DNA of 64,000 nt from Diadema antillarum (lineage: Eukaryota): contig NW_027271394.1 in the NCBI RefSeq assembly GCF_040938485.1, forward strand, positions 744,001-808,000. The letters run 5' to 3'. Below, piece by piece: positions 1 through 13,599 of the stretch. Below the pieces are notes generated by a model. That model was not told the origin of the DNA. It did no database searches and worked only from the letters and a program-made list of their open reading frames with translations. The translations under genes and the position numbers were made by a program. Positions within the stretch are counted from its first letter, which is position 1; each line of letters opens with the position of its first letter.

Positions 1-57
<57 letters not shown>

Positions 58-68
58 GGTGTGTGTGT
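1..68. repeat. Compound (AT)n-(GT)n microsatellite
   Basis: Direct reading. Confidence 0.95.
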
Positions 69-3012
69 ATGTAGGTATGAATAGCTCTTTATATAATTAC
101 ATATATATATGTATACATATATATATTGTGTGTAAAAAAATTAGAGCATTTGCGATTAGGACGACCACGTGGTACCATTCATTCTATCACTGTCATATTT
201 GAAACATGTGCCTTACTATTAGAATTATGTTTATGTTGTAACAGTCTAATAAATGTCATGTTTCTCATTCCCTCCCCCTTATGTCAACTCTACTCGGTCA
301 CTTCGCGCTTTCGTCGACTTTCATTACTATCATTACTCTCTTCGTGTATTTCCTTTCAAGATGGAATCAAACTTTCATTGTTGGGTGATGGTAAATATCA
401 TTTTTTTTTAAAAAGCTGTTTGTAGGAAATACATCACAGGAAATGAATGAACTTCTTACTCATTTGCTGATTTGTTTACATATGGTTACATTTTGGTTAT
501 GTTTAACAACTTCCATGCCAATATTGTGTCCGAGGCAATAAGTACACATTTTCAACGAAGCACATAATTATATTCATCATAAAAGTTAGTGAATGACACA
601 CTATGGCGAGAAAATATAAACAAACAAAATATAAACAAACGAACGAACGAAGGAACAAAGTAAAAGGAGCAAGCCAGGGACATGCTATGATATCACTGGA
701 GGGAAACATCCAAAAGTCGAAGTAATCAAAACATTTGAGGAATTGATCAAAGTCAGGTACCACTGATATTATCATCAGCATGGGTCGACTGACAACTTTC
801 AAAATGTCTTTATAGGTAGGAGAAGAAACATGACGAAACTTTGACATCGTATGGTAGTCTTTTTCCAGGCAATGACTGTCGTCTGGAGAATCTGAATGAA
901 GTGACAAGCGCTTCCAAGTTTTAAAAGTAGGTTAAACGCCACGTTAAAACTGAATGAAGCAAGAAGTACAGATAATGTTGCGTAGCAACAATGATTCATT
1001 CTTACTTTGGTGAAGCATGTCAAGTTAAGACGCTGGTGAACAATTATCAATGTATCGAACATTGTGTTATGAGCTTGTTTTGCAATTTCTCTGGCTTGAG
1101 ATTAGACTAGGGAGGTAAACAGGAGAACTCTCACGTTTTTACGGGCTCACCAGATCACACGACAGTGCTTTGCAAGTGTGCTAAATGTATTACCGCGTTA
1201 TCTTCATTCAACAGTGATTTCAATCAATCGCGATTTAGAAAGATTAATTTAGGAGAAAATCCCGTAAAATGAAATATCAAGACAAGATTGAGGATCGCCA
1301 CGTGCCGATTTTAACAAGCATCCAAATCTAAGTATAATTATGCTTTCATGTTTGTGTACTTGTACGTGTTCCCGGGTATGTGATATACAGGATATCTCTT
1401 TAAAAAACAAGTAAAAACAACTTTGATGTTGATATCACACTTGTGATTAAACTTGTTTGTGAGTGGACAATATAAAGAAATTGAATAAGAAGATCTAACC
1501 CTCCTGTGATGATCAACAATTTGCCAACGTCGCCAGCTGATAAGAGATAATCGTAACTACAGAGGGCGCTACATCGAATCGTTACTATACCCACGTATTT
1601 TGGAACACTGCTGACTGGCCCATGTGTCACTGGGTGTAGGTCCATGGTACTTTGTACGTGTCATACTAGTCCCACATACGTCAGACTTCAGGAGTATACG
1701 ACGCAAAGGTGTTTTTGGAATTATGTCGACGTACACAATGTAATTTTTTTTCGTTTGTTTTTAAATACCTAAATCACGTTCATGCCTAGTTTTCTTTGCG
1801 TGCAATCGACAGGGACTCAAAGAAGTAGAGTGCTAAAGTGTAATTGACTTTGAGGCTACAAAATATTCACATATAAACAGAATGAACAGTGGCATTCAAT
1901 TTATTTGTGAAATCAACTTTCTCGAAAATTTATGTTCTTGCCTCAAGAGAATTTCACATAAAAACCCTGATGCAGACACCAAGACCTACCCAACACACAT
2001 TCATAGACAAACACACTTAAAGGCACACAGTGTCAATTTTATATCATTTCTATCCCGTCCTCAGAATTCGCCGGCTGTTGGGTATCCCATCAGCTCGCCA
2101 GCAATCGGCGACAGGAGCCAATGGAAGTCCGTTCACCTTGACTATAGAGTCACGGTTGAATGCTCACACTGGTCAGGCGGCTTCGCTTCACTTTGATGCC
2201 TAATGTGCAGCCTTGGAGTTGGGGGCGCGCGAATATGACGTTCTGCAAAGACACTAGAATCGCGTCCAACAGGCCTCTGCTTGGGAACCGTGTCCCGACT
2301 TTTTTTTTTCTGAGCTGTTTTATTTTAGCACCTTATTCATTTCTCAGAATACGATTTCGCTTTTCGATATTTAAGACTTATTGCACGAAATCTCGATGCC
2401 AATTCCGGTTGCTTCAATTAATCCCGGAAATCAGAGCCACGGCAGTATTGAGCCTCCCCTTCCCGTTGGTCACAAGATACTGACACTGCAATCGGAGCCT
2501 TCTTTCGGGTTTTTTCCCACATATAATTTTGCTATCCTTAAAAAAAAAACCAGACAAGCAAACAAACGATGAAATCAAATATATCAGAAAGTCACGTATA
2601 TTCATATGCGTTTAGTATCATGCTTTAGTGATTGGAAGCGTGATTCCACCCAAAGTCATGCAGTTGAAGTACACTAAATTTGAAGCCATTGACATCAAAA
2701 TAATTGGTCATTGATTTTCTGAGTTTCAAAACTTTCTTCACCGCCTTGACTGGGTATATATCATTATTAACTGTTAACCTTCAGTTCCTCTTCTTATGAC
2801 GCACTAGGAAGCCCAAAATGAATTATAGGCGACTGGCTACGTTTAGACAAAGAGCTGAGATAGGGCCTGAAAAGTCACGTGACAAAATGGTCCATAAATC
2901 TTGATCAGAAAGACGTACATAGAGAGGACACGGTGACGTTAAAGCACTTCTTGGCAGATGACAACATTTTGTTTGGGCGCCTTCTTTTTGTCGAATAAAT
3001 AGCGACACATCT

Positions 3013-3523
3013 AAAGGGGAAATCCACCCCAAAAATAAATAAACCCCAAAAGAAAGAGAGAAATATTCCCTACAGAGCGATACAAAAGTGACAAAAATTA
3101 GATAAGAAATAAGGAAGATATGACATTTTGAAATTTCACATTTTTTTTTCGGAAAACACTTCTGGACCAGTCCTTATGGATATTCAAATCAGCAAGTTGA
3201 GGATGTTACGCCCTCACATTTTCTTATACATTTCTATACAGAAATGACTAAAATCTCATTTCAACTGTGTAAATATAAAACTTGTCTTAAAACCACCCGA
3301 AATAAAAAGAACAAATGTTAACTCTGATACATCTTCGTATGGGAGCATTTTTTAAAACTTGTATTATCTAAAAGATATTTTCCCCGAATTTCATACATCT
3401 AGACATGAAACTGGTATCTTCCTTATATCTTATCCGATTTTTGTCATTTTTGTATCATTCTGTAGGGAATATTTTTCTCTTTCTTTTGAAATTCATTGAT
3501 TTTTGGGGGTGGATTTCTCCTAT
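3013..3523. mobile_element. Kolobok-like MITE (long TIRs, AGG..CCT ends, degenerate TTAA)
   Basis: Left aaggggaaatccaccccaaaaat..aaatattccctacagagcgatacaaaagtgacaaaaattagataag. Right cttatccgatttttgtcatttttgtatcattctgtagggaatattt..atttttgggggtggatttctcct. Inverted arms of ~120 bp. Confidence 0.75.
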
Positions 3524-5993
3524 AAGTGTTACTGGAGTACACTTTTCGACAATAATTTTAGGTGAAAAGCGTATCTACGAAATATGGTTCAATAGTCTGC
3601 AAGATGAATGACAATAGCCATGTAGCTGTCCGGACTCCAGGGCCCCAGTTCATCCCCCCCCCCCCCCAAAAAAAAAAAAAAAAAAATGTTAGGATAGAAA
3701 CTCTTGCTGGAATGGCAACTTCCCATAGCAAAAGCCAATTATGAAGCTAGATTCTTGTCGTTACCATGACAACTGCCGTTTCTATACAGATACCAACTTC
3801 TTTTTTAATGAAATAGAGACCACAATGACCTGTTTAATACCAAATCATTGCTGAAAACTCATTTATTTACTCAATCCTATTTTTTTTTGTTATATCATAA
3901 TATGTACATAATGCTATATCTTACTTCAATATTTTTTTTCCGAGTTAATGCGCTTAGAAACATCAGTCTTAAGCGCTATATAAGTGTTATTCATTATCAT
4001 TATCATTATTAATATCTGACTAGATGATGTTAACTACAGAGATTTCAGGCTTCATCACATTGACTGAGTAGGCTGTTTTCTTAGCGTTGCCTATCACATG
4101 TCTTGATGTTGAGCTTCCCATTAATGAGAAATGAAGACTGGAATTTTGAAGTCGTTTCCTTTAATTTATATGTCCAGATGTATATTTGATACCACTTTTG
4201 GAAAACATTTTTGAATTCATTAAGTTTAACCGATGTAACCATTAATTCACTGAAAAAAAAGATACTTTACTGCATATATGTGATACTTCAAAATCAAAAT
4301 CTAATGCAATCGTATTATCAAAGGTGTGGAGAACGTCTAGCACGGCACTATACCTGGTAAAATTGGATACACTGTTGAGGTTAAGTGGAGAAACGGCATT
4401 ACAACGGGGAGGGGGAGCGGGAGCTAATAGTTATGGCAACATGTCAGTACATACAATTAATAGAGAAGAGAGTGCTGTTATTATTATCTCAGTTTGTTGT
4501 ATTTTCGATATGTCCCTAAACAGGATGGTAAATTTCCTGATACATTATAGCCAAAGATTGCGAAAATAACAACTATTTATAAAAAAAGCATCAAAAGATG
4601 TCAAGGAAACTGAAAGCCTATTTTTGTGTTGCCGGTACTTCGGAGCATATTGGTGAAGATTGCAAAAGACCGGTTATAGGATTTTTTTTTTTTAAAGGTA
4701 AGAACTTCTTGCAGCAACAATTCTTTTTTCATGGCTTCGGAAAGAAATACAGCAGAGAGCTTTCTGTATTCAATCCATGTAATGCAATACAAAATTTTTC
4801 AGTGGAGGGGATATTACACTAAGCGTATCCACTGGTATGTGCAGATTACCTCAGTCACGGATCGTATAGTTTGCTTTGTACGTGTATGTCATGTTCCTTA
4901 CATTTTTGCTTTCTTTTATGCATTTCTATGAATTCTCATTTTTATCTTTATTCTATTGTTGTTGATATTGTAAACTTGAAGATTGCTATTTTGTTCTCTT
5001 TTCTTGGTATTATCAACCTGAAGCTCAAATGTGCCATGTGTTCACAAATCTGTTATGACATCATCCTACAGAGTACATGCATATTTGGTAGGTGATGGAA
5101 ATGTTTTGAACAAAAAAAAAAAGAAGAAGAAAAAAAGAAAGACCATTAAATTGTCCTGATTAATCAATTGTGTGTGTGTGTTTTTTTTTAAATTCTACAT
5201 TTAAGAAGAAAGGAAATCTATCTTAAGTACTCACTAGATGACACAAAACCCCTAAAAGTGTTGTCACAATCAGTTAAACATGATGCATGGTGAAAAAAAC
5301 ATGATGTATGGTGAAAAACATTCGTATCGTCGTCTTCGGGCAAATTAGATTTTGATTCTATCTATTATTGCTGAGGTACTGGTAAAATACACTGAAATCT
5401 AAAATACATTAACGTAGTCAGATTTTTTTCGAGTTTTGATTTCGATTTATTCATTTGTAACAACATATTTCCTCAGGTTTGAGTTTCTTCAGTTTGTCTC
5501 CCCCTTTCTTTCATTTAACATACTAGTATTTCCTCCTTTAACAAAACACAGCAAAATATGAATGCAATGTACATAACTACCCCACGTATAGATATATTCT
5601 CAAATGAAAAAAAAAAGAAGAAATCTATAGGAAAACAGTTATAGGGAAAACAGAAATTTACCGTATCGTCCAATCATAGTTCAATAAGCTACTAAGGGAT
5701 GCTCAAGGGGATGGCAGGAGATGACTCGATGTAATTTGGGAAAGAGTGATTTGTTCCTGAACAGGAGCTCAGAACTCACAATTTCCTGTGAACCATTAAA
5801 TATCAAATGATGAATCATTTGAATGTTGTTGAATGGGAGTTTTAAATGTCTACTGATATTTTAATTCACAGACATTCGAAGATAGGGCGCAGTGGGGGAA
5901 CCACAAGAAAAACGGAAGCAATGGAACTATTTACAAAGCTTGATCCTTTTGACAAAACCACACATAGTACTACTTCTTCATACTTATCTTTAC

Positions 5994-6142
5994 NNNNNNN
6001 NNNNNNNNNNNNNNNNNNNNNNNNNNNNNNNNNNNNNNNNNNNNNNNNNNNNNNNNNNNNNNNNNNNNNNNNNNNNNNNNNNNNNNNNNNNNNNNNNNNN
6101 NNNNNNNNNNNNNNNNNNNNNNNNNNNNNNNNNNNNNNNNNN
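5994..6142. other. Assembly gap (149 N)
   Basis: N run. Confidence 1.
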
Positions 6143-7526
6143 TTCATAGACCTTGGCTTTGTTGATGTTTGTGGAGAGAGAGCGAGAAATGTAGGGCTGC
6201 ATAGCGCCCTCAGTGTCCACATTGCCACGACACAACGATCCATATCATCGCCAAGTTATGATCAACGCATGACAAAGCACTTATGGGAAAGCTGTTTACA
6301 TACAATGTCGAGAGGCATGACTGTAAACTAATCAAAGTAGTAATCCTGAAATTAAAGTTTGGAGCTGCGATTGAAATAACTTATGTCATGAATCATGAAT
6401 ATACATGCCATATGGACGGCTCCTTAGCAGTAAAAATAGTGATCGGTAAAAACCGACTGAATCGGGTAAAAGTTAATTCTGGAAGGACATGATATCACAT
6501 GAATGTCAATGAAGGAATTTGATATTCTATAAATACACTGTATGTCAAATTAGCTCTGTGGTTCCGAAGCTGCCTGCGCAAAACTCCGCAAAACAAAGCA
6601 ATTTCCGAGCGGCAATAAGTAACTGTCGTTATATAGTCACGTGATATGTGATACGGCCCACGGGACATCTTGACAGGGTGATGGCAGGGCGGCGGCTTTA
6701 AAGCAGTCGGTCAAATAATTTTCCCGCTCTTTCGACAATGTCTGAACAAATCCCTTCAAATTTCGTCACCTTTTTTCCCCTCTCCTTATAGCAATCTGCC
6801 TCATTCTGAAGATTGCTGCACATGATATGTGTTTGGGTCACAAGAGGAATGTGGTAGTGGGTGATATTGTTTCATTAGGAGTAAATTGAACATCATCTTC
6901 GACGTTTATGATCTAATGCTGATGCGTTCCTAAGATTGTTTTCTTGTCATGCATGAGAGGTAGAGATTAAACTCATTATGATTGACTCATTCATTCAAAG
7001 TGCACTTTCAAATTTGATTTGATTAAAAGAGTAAAGTCAAAGAGAGTGATAGAGATATCTTTGTTTTTTAAATCAAAATCGATTTGAAATGAGAGTTGTT
7101 TTTTTCTTGTTTTTTCTTGTTATCTTGTTTCACCAGATGTGTGTGTGTGTGTGTGTGTGTGTGTGCTTTAAATGTGACATGATACAACCTAGGTGATGGC
7201 AACATGGCCTCACAAACTTCTCACTGACCTACTCATATTAATCTTTTACAAACTTTCTTTTGGGAACTGAAATCAGCAAGAAAGGCTTGTGTCATTGGTG
7301 TCACTAACAGTTTAATTTGTATTTTGTATTATCACTTATTTTTAAGAAATACGTTTTGACTGTCCTTTACGTCACGAAAAACAAAACGTCATTGTGATGT
7401 TATAATCATTGTAAATCAGTTATGTTTCGTTTCTTTGTTTTTGTTCAGACAAAGTGAAAATATATTTTAAACAATCAATCAGTCACTCAATTAATCAAGC
7501 AACCAATCGATTGGTAGATTAATTGA

Positions 7527-7528
7527 TT

Positions 7529-7602
<74 letters not shown>
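7527..7602. repeat. (ATCA)n microsatellite
   Basis: Direct reading. Confidence 0.95.
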
Positions 7603-7603
<1 letters not shown>

Positions 7604-8459
7604 TCTTTGTTGTGTTGCAAAAACGTAGCAGTGATTACATCATCATCATTATAACTAATTTATCATGCTGTTGGACCAATATCATTAATTTGTGACAACA
7701 TGTGAAAATTTGACATTTAGTAATCCTATTTTACGTCAAGATTATAATACAACGTCTGTACAGAGTTTGCTGTACTTATTTACATCATTATGAACTTAGT
7801 ATTAACTTGAGCATATTGTGCAATGAATATATTGTGCTCGAATACGTGGATCATCGAACTGGATTACTGAAAAGAAATTCAAGGCATCAATCCTTGATGG
7901 TCATTTTATTTGTCTTGTTTTTTACCTCGACAGGAGTGTCCAGCCTTTCGGTTATATCATTATTTTTGTTATGTCATATTTGTTTCACTCCTTGCTGGAT
8001 GGAAAATAAAAACTGAAATGAATTGAATTGAACTGAAATGTCCAGCCTTTCTGGAGGAAATATGTAGGTAAAACAGAACTTGGCATAAAGTTCGTTTCTC
8101 CTCACATTCTATTGAGGAAGGTTACAGAAGTCACTACGGAGATCAAAGATCAAAATCGAAACTATAGAGTCGAGATGACATGCACAGAAGCAAACTAAAT
8201 GAACAGAAGTCAGCAGAAAATGAAGTGTGCATCTTCTCTATTGGAGAACAAGATAGGCTCTTCTATCATTGACCTTTGGTCTCGACCTTCCTGAGAATCA
8301 CCATTCTCTATGTAAAGGCGATGTTTTCTGACTCATCTGGGATAGGATAAAAATAAACGTCGGCTTTGATCTATACGGTAAATATGTTCAACTCTTGCCA
8401 AAAAGGACTCTCGAACTTCGAAACACGCCGATCAATTAAGGGAGCACGACCTTTGTTAA

Positions 8460-8986
8460 AGGAAACCAAAGCCTAAGTATAAATGTAGATTGAGTGAAAG
8501 CAACAATATTACTTGAACACTTCAGTGGAAAGTTTAGGAAAATCGGACAATCGCTTCAAGGAGACTACTACACTTTATGACGTCATTATGACAACAATAT
8601 AGAAAACAATATGTAAATTCAACATATTTTTACCATTCTAGAATAATGAAAGAGTACTTGACTTACCTCTTTCAGAAAGCAGGGGGAATACTGTTACCTT
8701 CAATATATGTCAGGAACAAGTCGATGGAAATGTGTACTTTCCATGAAAAATGAAATTTTTGGATTCTCTTCATATTTTCCTCACATCGTTGTCCATAATG
8801 ACGTCATAAAGTGTAGTCTCTTTATCCAGCAGGAACTGCACTGAAACTTTAAAAGTGCATAACTTTTGAACGGATCGTCCGATTTTCCTCAAACTTTCAC
8901 TTATATGTTTGACTAATACTGCTGCTTTCACTCAATTTACATTTATATTTGTCTGTTTGCTGGCTAAGTAGACCATCTTTAATCCT
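8460..8986. mobile_element. Kolobok-like MITE, TTAA target duplication
   Basis: TTAA|AGG at 8456-8462 and CCT|TTAA at 8984-8990. Inverted arms gattgagtgaaagcaacaatatt..aggaaaatcggac versus gtccgattttcct..aatactgctgctttcactcaattt. Confidence 0.75.
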
Positions 8987-9351
8987 TTAATTATCAAGGA
9001 GAAGGGGGCCTGCTCATATTCAGCTTGCACGTATAATTACCGACACACTGAAATTTTACCTCATAAAAGGCATATTTTGTAAGAGACTAAAAAACTATTT
9101 GAAGCGACTTTTTAATTCAAAGAAATGGTGATCAGCCTTGAAATGGAATGGACCTCGAAGGAAATTCGCACTCATCTGGAATAACATTACAACGGCCTCC
9201 TTTCTAACTGACATTTGTTATTATATTTTTTGGTCTGTTTATCAGCATTTATTGGTGCTGAGAAGATTTAGGTTCGGAAAGGAGCATTTTATTTTTTATT
9301 AAGGTTAGACCTTCAGACATGAAGGACGTGGGCCAGGCATGAAGGGTGAGA

Positions 9352-9420
9352 AGAGGAGGAGGAGGAGGAGGAGGAGGAGGAGGAGAAAGAGAAGGAGGAG
9401 GAGAAAGAAGGAGTAAGGAG
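9352..9420. repeat. (GGA)n microsatellite
   Basis: Direct reading. Confidence 0.9.
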
Positions 9421-9942
9421 GGGAGGAAGAAAGAGAAAAAGAATATTATACGTTTGATGGTCAGTCGACCACATGCTTCCTTGCACTAACCGTGCGAGGA
9501 AAAAGTTAGAATGGGGTGAAAACGTTCTTTCGCGCTGACAACAAATGGGATCAATAAATAGCTCATGTCATGAACATTGTGACTAGATCGATATCCACAT
9601 TCTCATACTCGGCGACATACCGAGTATAATGTGGCGGCACTAGATGGTACGGCTGTGTTCTGTGTGTGTGTCTGTAAGTGTTTGTGTGTGTATGTGGGGG
9701 TGAGATATCAAAATAGTCATTCCTTTGATAAAAGTGCACTTAAAAGTTTTTACATGATTTGAACCACTTTACAGGCTCCTGAAAATGGATGAAGTACTAC
9801 GAAATCTTTCTGTGTCTCACACACATACACGATAAATTGATGGTACACCTCGTGCAGGCATGGAGGCAAGACGAAGAAGATGATGATGATGAAGAAACAC
9901 GTACATTCCTATACTGAGGACTTCAATTACAACTAGAGATTG

Positions 9943-12283
9943 TAATTTGTCATCACTGACAAATTAAGGTGATCCGATTTTTTTTTTTATCAATGATTCG
10001 AGTCCTGATCGCAATAGGCATGACCATACAAGTTTCATCTGTGTTTAGAGACATTGGCCGTGTGATGTTTGCATTCTCATTTAGAAAAGGGAGTCATATC
10101 TGCCATCTTTGGTACCAAATTCTGTATACACTGAATAACGAAGATACAGCAATGAATACATATGACCTTTGACCCACCTTTGCACTCCCAAGATTACATC
10201 TGATGAAATAGTGGTTATTTTGTGAAATGATTCTCGCGACATCGTCTATACGTGTGGAAAATATGGGAAAGATAGGACAGGTATTCACTAAGATACAAGA
10301 TGAAACATTTATGACCTTTGACCCTAATTTACATACCCAAGATGTTGTCTGATCTAGTAGTTGTTATTTTATGAAATAATGTACGAGACATGAACTAAAC
10401 ATGTGCAAAATATGGGGGTGATAGGGCGTGTTTTTCTTGAGTTATTGCAAAGAGAGTTGCAGAAAGAAAGAAATATCTCAATACATAGAAGATAAGCTTT
10501 AATTTCAACCAATTTTTTATCGTAATCCCGACATCGTATGAAAAAACAAAGGAAACAAAACGATAGCGCAAAGTCTCAGCTACAACATATTAAAATCTGG
10601 GAGAAATTCACCGAAGGGTAAGTGAGCTAGTGCTCGATAAAGACAATCATGTCAATTTTCACATTAAAGAAAATTCCCTCCCATAGAGATAACACGTCAT
10701 AACGAAGATACAAAAAGAAGTACATATGACCTTTGACCTCAATTTGCAACGACAAGATGGCATCTGAGTAAAAAGTGGTTATTTTGTGAAATAATTCTTG
10801 TAACATAGTCTTTGCGTGTGCAAAATATGGGAAAGAAAGGACATGTATTCACTAAGATACAGGGTGAAACACTTATGACCTTTGACCCTACTTTACGTAC
10901 CCAAGATGGTGTCCGATCAAGTAGTTGTTTTTTTATGAAATAATGTACGTGACATGAACTAAACATGTGCAAAATATGGAAGTGATAGAGGCCGTTTTTC
11001 TTGAGTTATTGCAAAGAAAGTTGCAGAAAGAAAGAAATATCTCAATACATCGAAGATAAGCCTGAATTTCAACCCAATTTGTTGACGTGATTCCGACATC
11101 GTATGAAAAAACAAAGGGCACACTTACGGTAGCGTAAAGTCTCAGCTACAACATATTAAAATCTGGGAGAAATTTACCGAAGCTTAAGTGAGCTAGTGCT
11201 CGATAAAGATAGTCATGTCAATTTTCATTTCCAGAAAAACTGCACTCCCATAGAGATAACACGTAAACTGGTCAAATTTGACAAGATTACTTTTAATCCA
11301 TTTTTACGAGGTGATACCGTTATCCAATCAAAATATTGTAATTTTATGTTTGAAAGAACATTAAATAAGCTACATCATACTGAAATCTGGGTGAAAATTG
11401 ACAAAGGACTAGTGACATACGCTCGAATGAACTTGAAATTTGATGACGTCATTTTGAAAATTTACTTTTTTTACTTTATTAAGAAATTTGATATCTTTTC
11501 ATCATTTTTTCAGCATCGCCAACCCATGAAATGATATGTACAACTCATCAGCTTTCAGAATATAAAAAGAAAATGGAGGGTCACCGTCCATCCTGACGAG
11601 TAATATCGGATTTAAAATTGGCGGTTTTTTGGCATTGTTGCACTGTATTTCGCCATTGACGCGCGCGCGGAATTTCAACTTTGACGGGCCCGTATGACGT
11701 CATATTGAGTCGGATTGACTTGAAACTTGGTAGAAATATTCGTTGACATTTCAGGCATCCGATAAGTGTAAAAAAACGGGAAATTTCTATTGCATATGAG
11801 CTGTGCGTGCGTATATGTGCGCGCGCGTACGCGTCCGTCCAATTTTTTTAATTTTTCAAAAAATGCTCCAAATGGTCTGAAACGTATGCAAAATAATTTG
11901 GAGTTCGATTGGAGCATACAAATATTTCAACGCGCGCGTACGCGCACGTTTTAACAATGCGATGAATTTTGAAAACATGAGTAGAATTCCCTTGAATTGA
12001 AATTTACGTGACGTAAATTTCATTGAAAAATTCCTTTCCATTAATGAGATATGATTGAAAATGTGTTTTCATATAATGACGTCATAGTGACGTCACGGTC
12101 GACTGATCACTACGATTTTACTTGACCCGTCGTCTTTGGGACACGATACATATATGGTATAAGTTTGACATTGATAGGCAATGCACTTTCTGAGCTAACC
12201 TCTGCACAACTTTTGAGGAGAAATAAAGAAAGAATCAGTACAGATACAGAAGGTGATCCGAAGGATACTCGGATCACCTAATT
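9943..12283 (-). mobile_element. Non-autonomous Helentron-type (HINE-like) element with internal tandem repeats
   Basis: Sub-terminal inverted repeat AGGTGATCCGA at 9967-9977 versus TCGGATCACCT at 12269-12279. The latter pairs with a third copy at 12251-12261 (11-bp stem). A 10-bp hairpin TAATTTGTCA-tcac-TGACAAATTA sits at 9943-9966. There are internal 564-bp tandem cores. Confidence 0.7.
10159..11285. repeat. Two tandem ~564-bp repeat units, each with two related ~149-bp sub-cores beginning ATGACCTTTGACC
   Basis: TGACCTTTGACC at 10163, 10312, 10727 and 10876, with long stretches of near-identity between the two units. Confidence 0.9.
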
Positions 12284-13339
12284 AAGGTTTGATAAAAACA
12301 TGACCCGACAAGCGCTTCTCCCCGCGAGTATACTATTGCAAGAATGACATTGCTCTCGTGGTGGGGTGGATCTCTTTTTTTCTTCTTCTTCAAACGAGTC
12401 ACAAACTCACAACAGTCTTTGACCACACCCAATACAACCATTGTATAGCTGACTGAAATTCCCTTCCTTTATCCCGCTTTCTCTTCTCCTCTCTCTCCTC
12501 CCTTTGAGACAAGATTCAGACGTCGACCGTAAGAATAAAAGAAGAAAGAAGGTGGAATGTATAGAGGACTTTAAAAGGCACTCATTTGCAGTTTTACATT
12601 TGGGCTACTCATTCAGGTGACAGAAGGACTCAGAACGATGTTTCTCACATTTTGTTGAGAGGACGTGACATTATTTTGGTTGGGTCAGACAAGACAGTAA
12701 GTCTAGAAGCATCATCTTTATTATTATTTTTTTTTGGGGGGGGGGTAGTTTTATTGTATGCAAACAATGGGCAAGCAAAGGTATGGTGGTATAATGTCAA
12801 GATAGAACAAGTTTTTGTTTATTCCTCTCTAATTATATGACATATAAAATTATATGAATATCAAGTCAAATCAAAATCAAATCAAATCAATTATAAGTCC
12901 GTGTATTTTGATCTGACTTTGTTTGCGCATAAATTTGTTGTAGTGTTGGAAAAGGGGTGAAACAGATAAAATGACGTAAATACTATCATGGTCATCAATA
13001 TTCATGTTTATTCCGAAGTAGAAGATTTTGTTTGAAAGAAAGATCAATTCGATGATTTTAGGGAAACACTGTTTCTGAGGACTGTTTCTGAAGATTTGGT
13101 GGATTCCAATGTCTATGTCAAATACGGTCCATAATTCAATGTTGGAAAATATTAGAATTAATTAGCAGGCTTTTACCTCTGTAATCTTATTCAGTGAAAA
13201 CTGTATTCAGCATGTTTTCAATATTGCATGCTTTCTTATCCCTGAGGCATTTATAGAAATGATATTCTCATTTTGTTTTGCTCGAACTAGCAGTGCTCGG
13301 GTACAATTTCCCCACGATTTCAAAAATATTTTCAAAGAG

Positions 13340-13599
13340 GTTTATTTATAATAATATAATAAACTCCAAATTTTATTGTCCAAGAATGGAAATTCATTTT
13401 GCCCAATTGATCGTGGGCCCGGCAGCCACTGAGCAGCGCCAGATCGACGTTGCTCTAACCTTTTTAACTGTTGAACGGCAAACAAGGTAGCAGCAACTCC
13501 CATCTTTTAACGTCTTTTGGTATGACGCGGCCGGGGTTTGAAACCACGACCTCCCGATTGTGAGGGCAGCCGCTCTACTCACTGAGCCAACACATCGGT
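13340..13599 (-). mobile_element. tRNA-derived SINE
   Basis: Minus strand has an A-box-like TGGCTCAGTGAG (13589-13578) and a B-box-like GGTTTCAAACC (13545-13535). These are followed by GTCATACCAAAAGACG.., which from memory resembles the Meta-type SINE central domain, and an AT-rich tail. No full tRNA cloverleaf. Confidence 0.8.

Noticed and set aside
1558-1571. CTCF-like cores (AGAGGGCGC here, AGATGGCGC at ~59777)
   Set aside because: Only the 3' core matches, and this cannot be distinguished from chance without ChIP data.
5846-6331. ORFs spanning the N run (also 44552-44821)
   Set aside because: Length is inflated by the assembly gap.
13535-13599. tRNA gene
   Set aside because: A/B boxes are present but there is no complete cloverleaf or acceptor stem, and it continues into a SINE body and tail.
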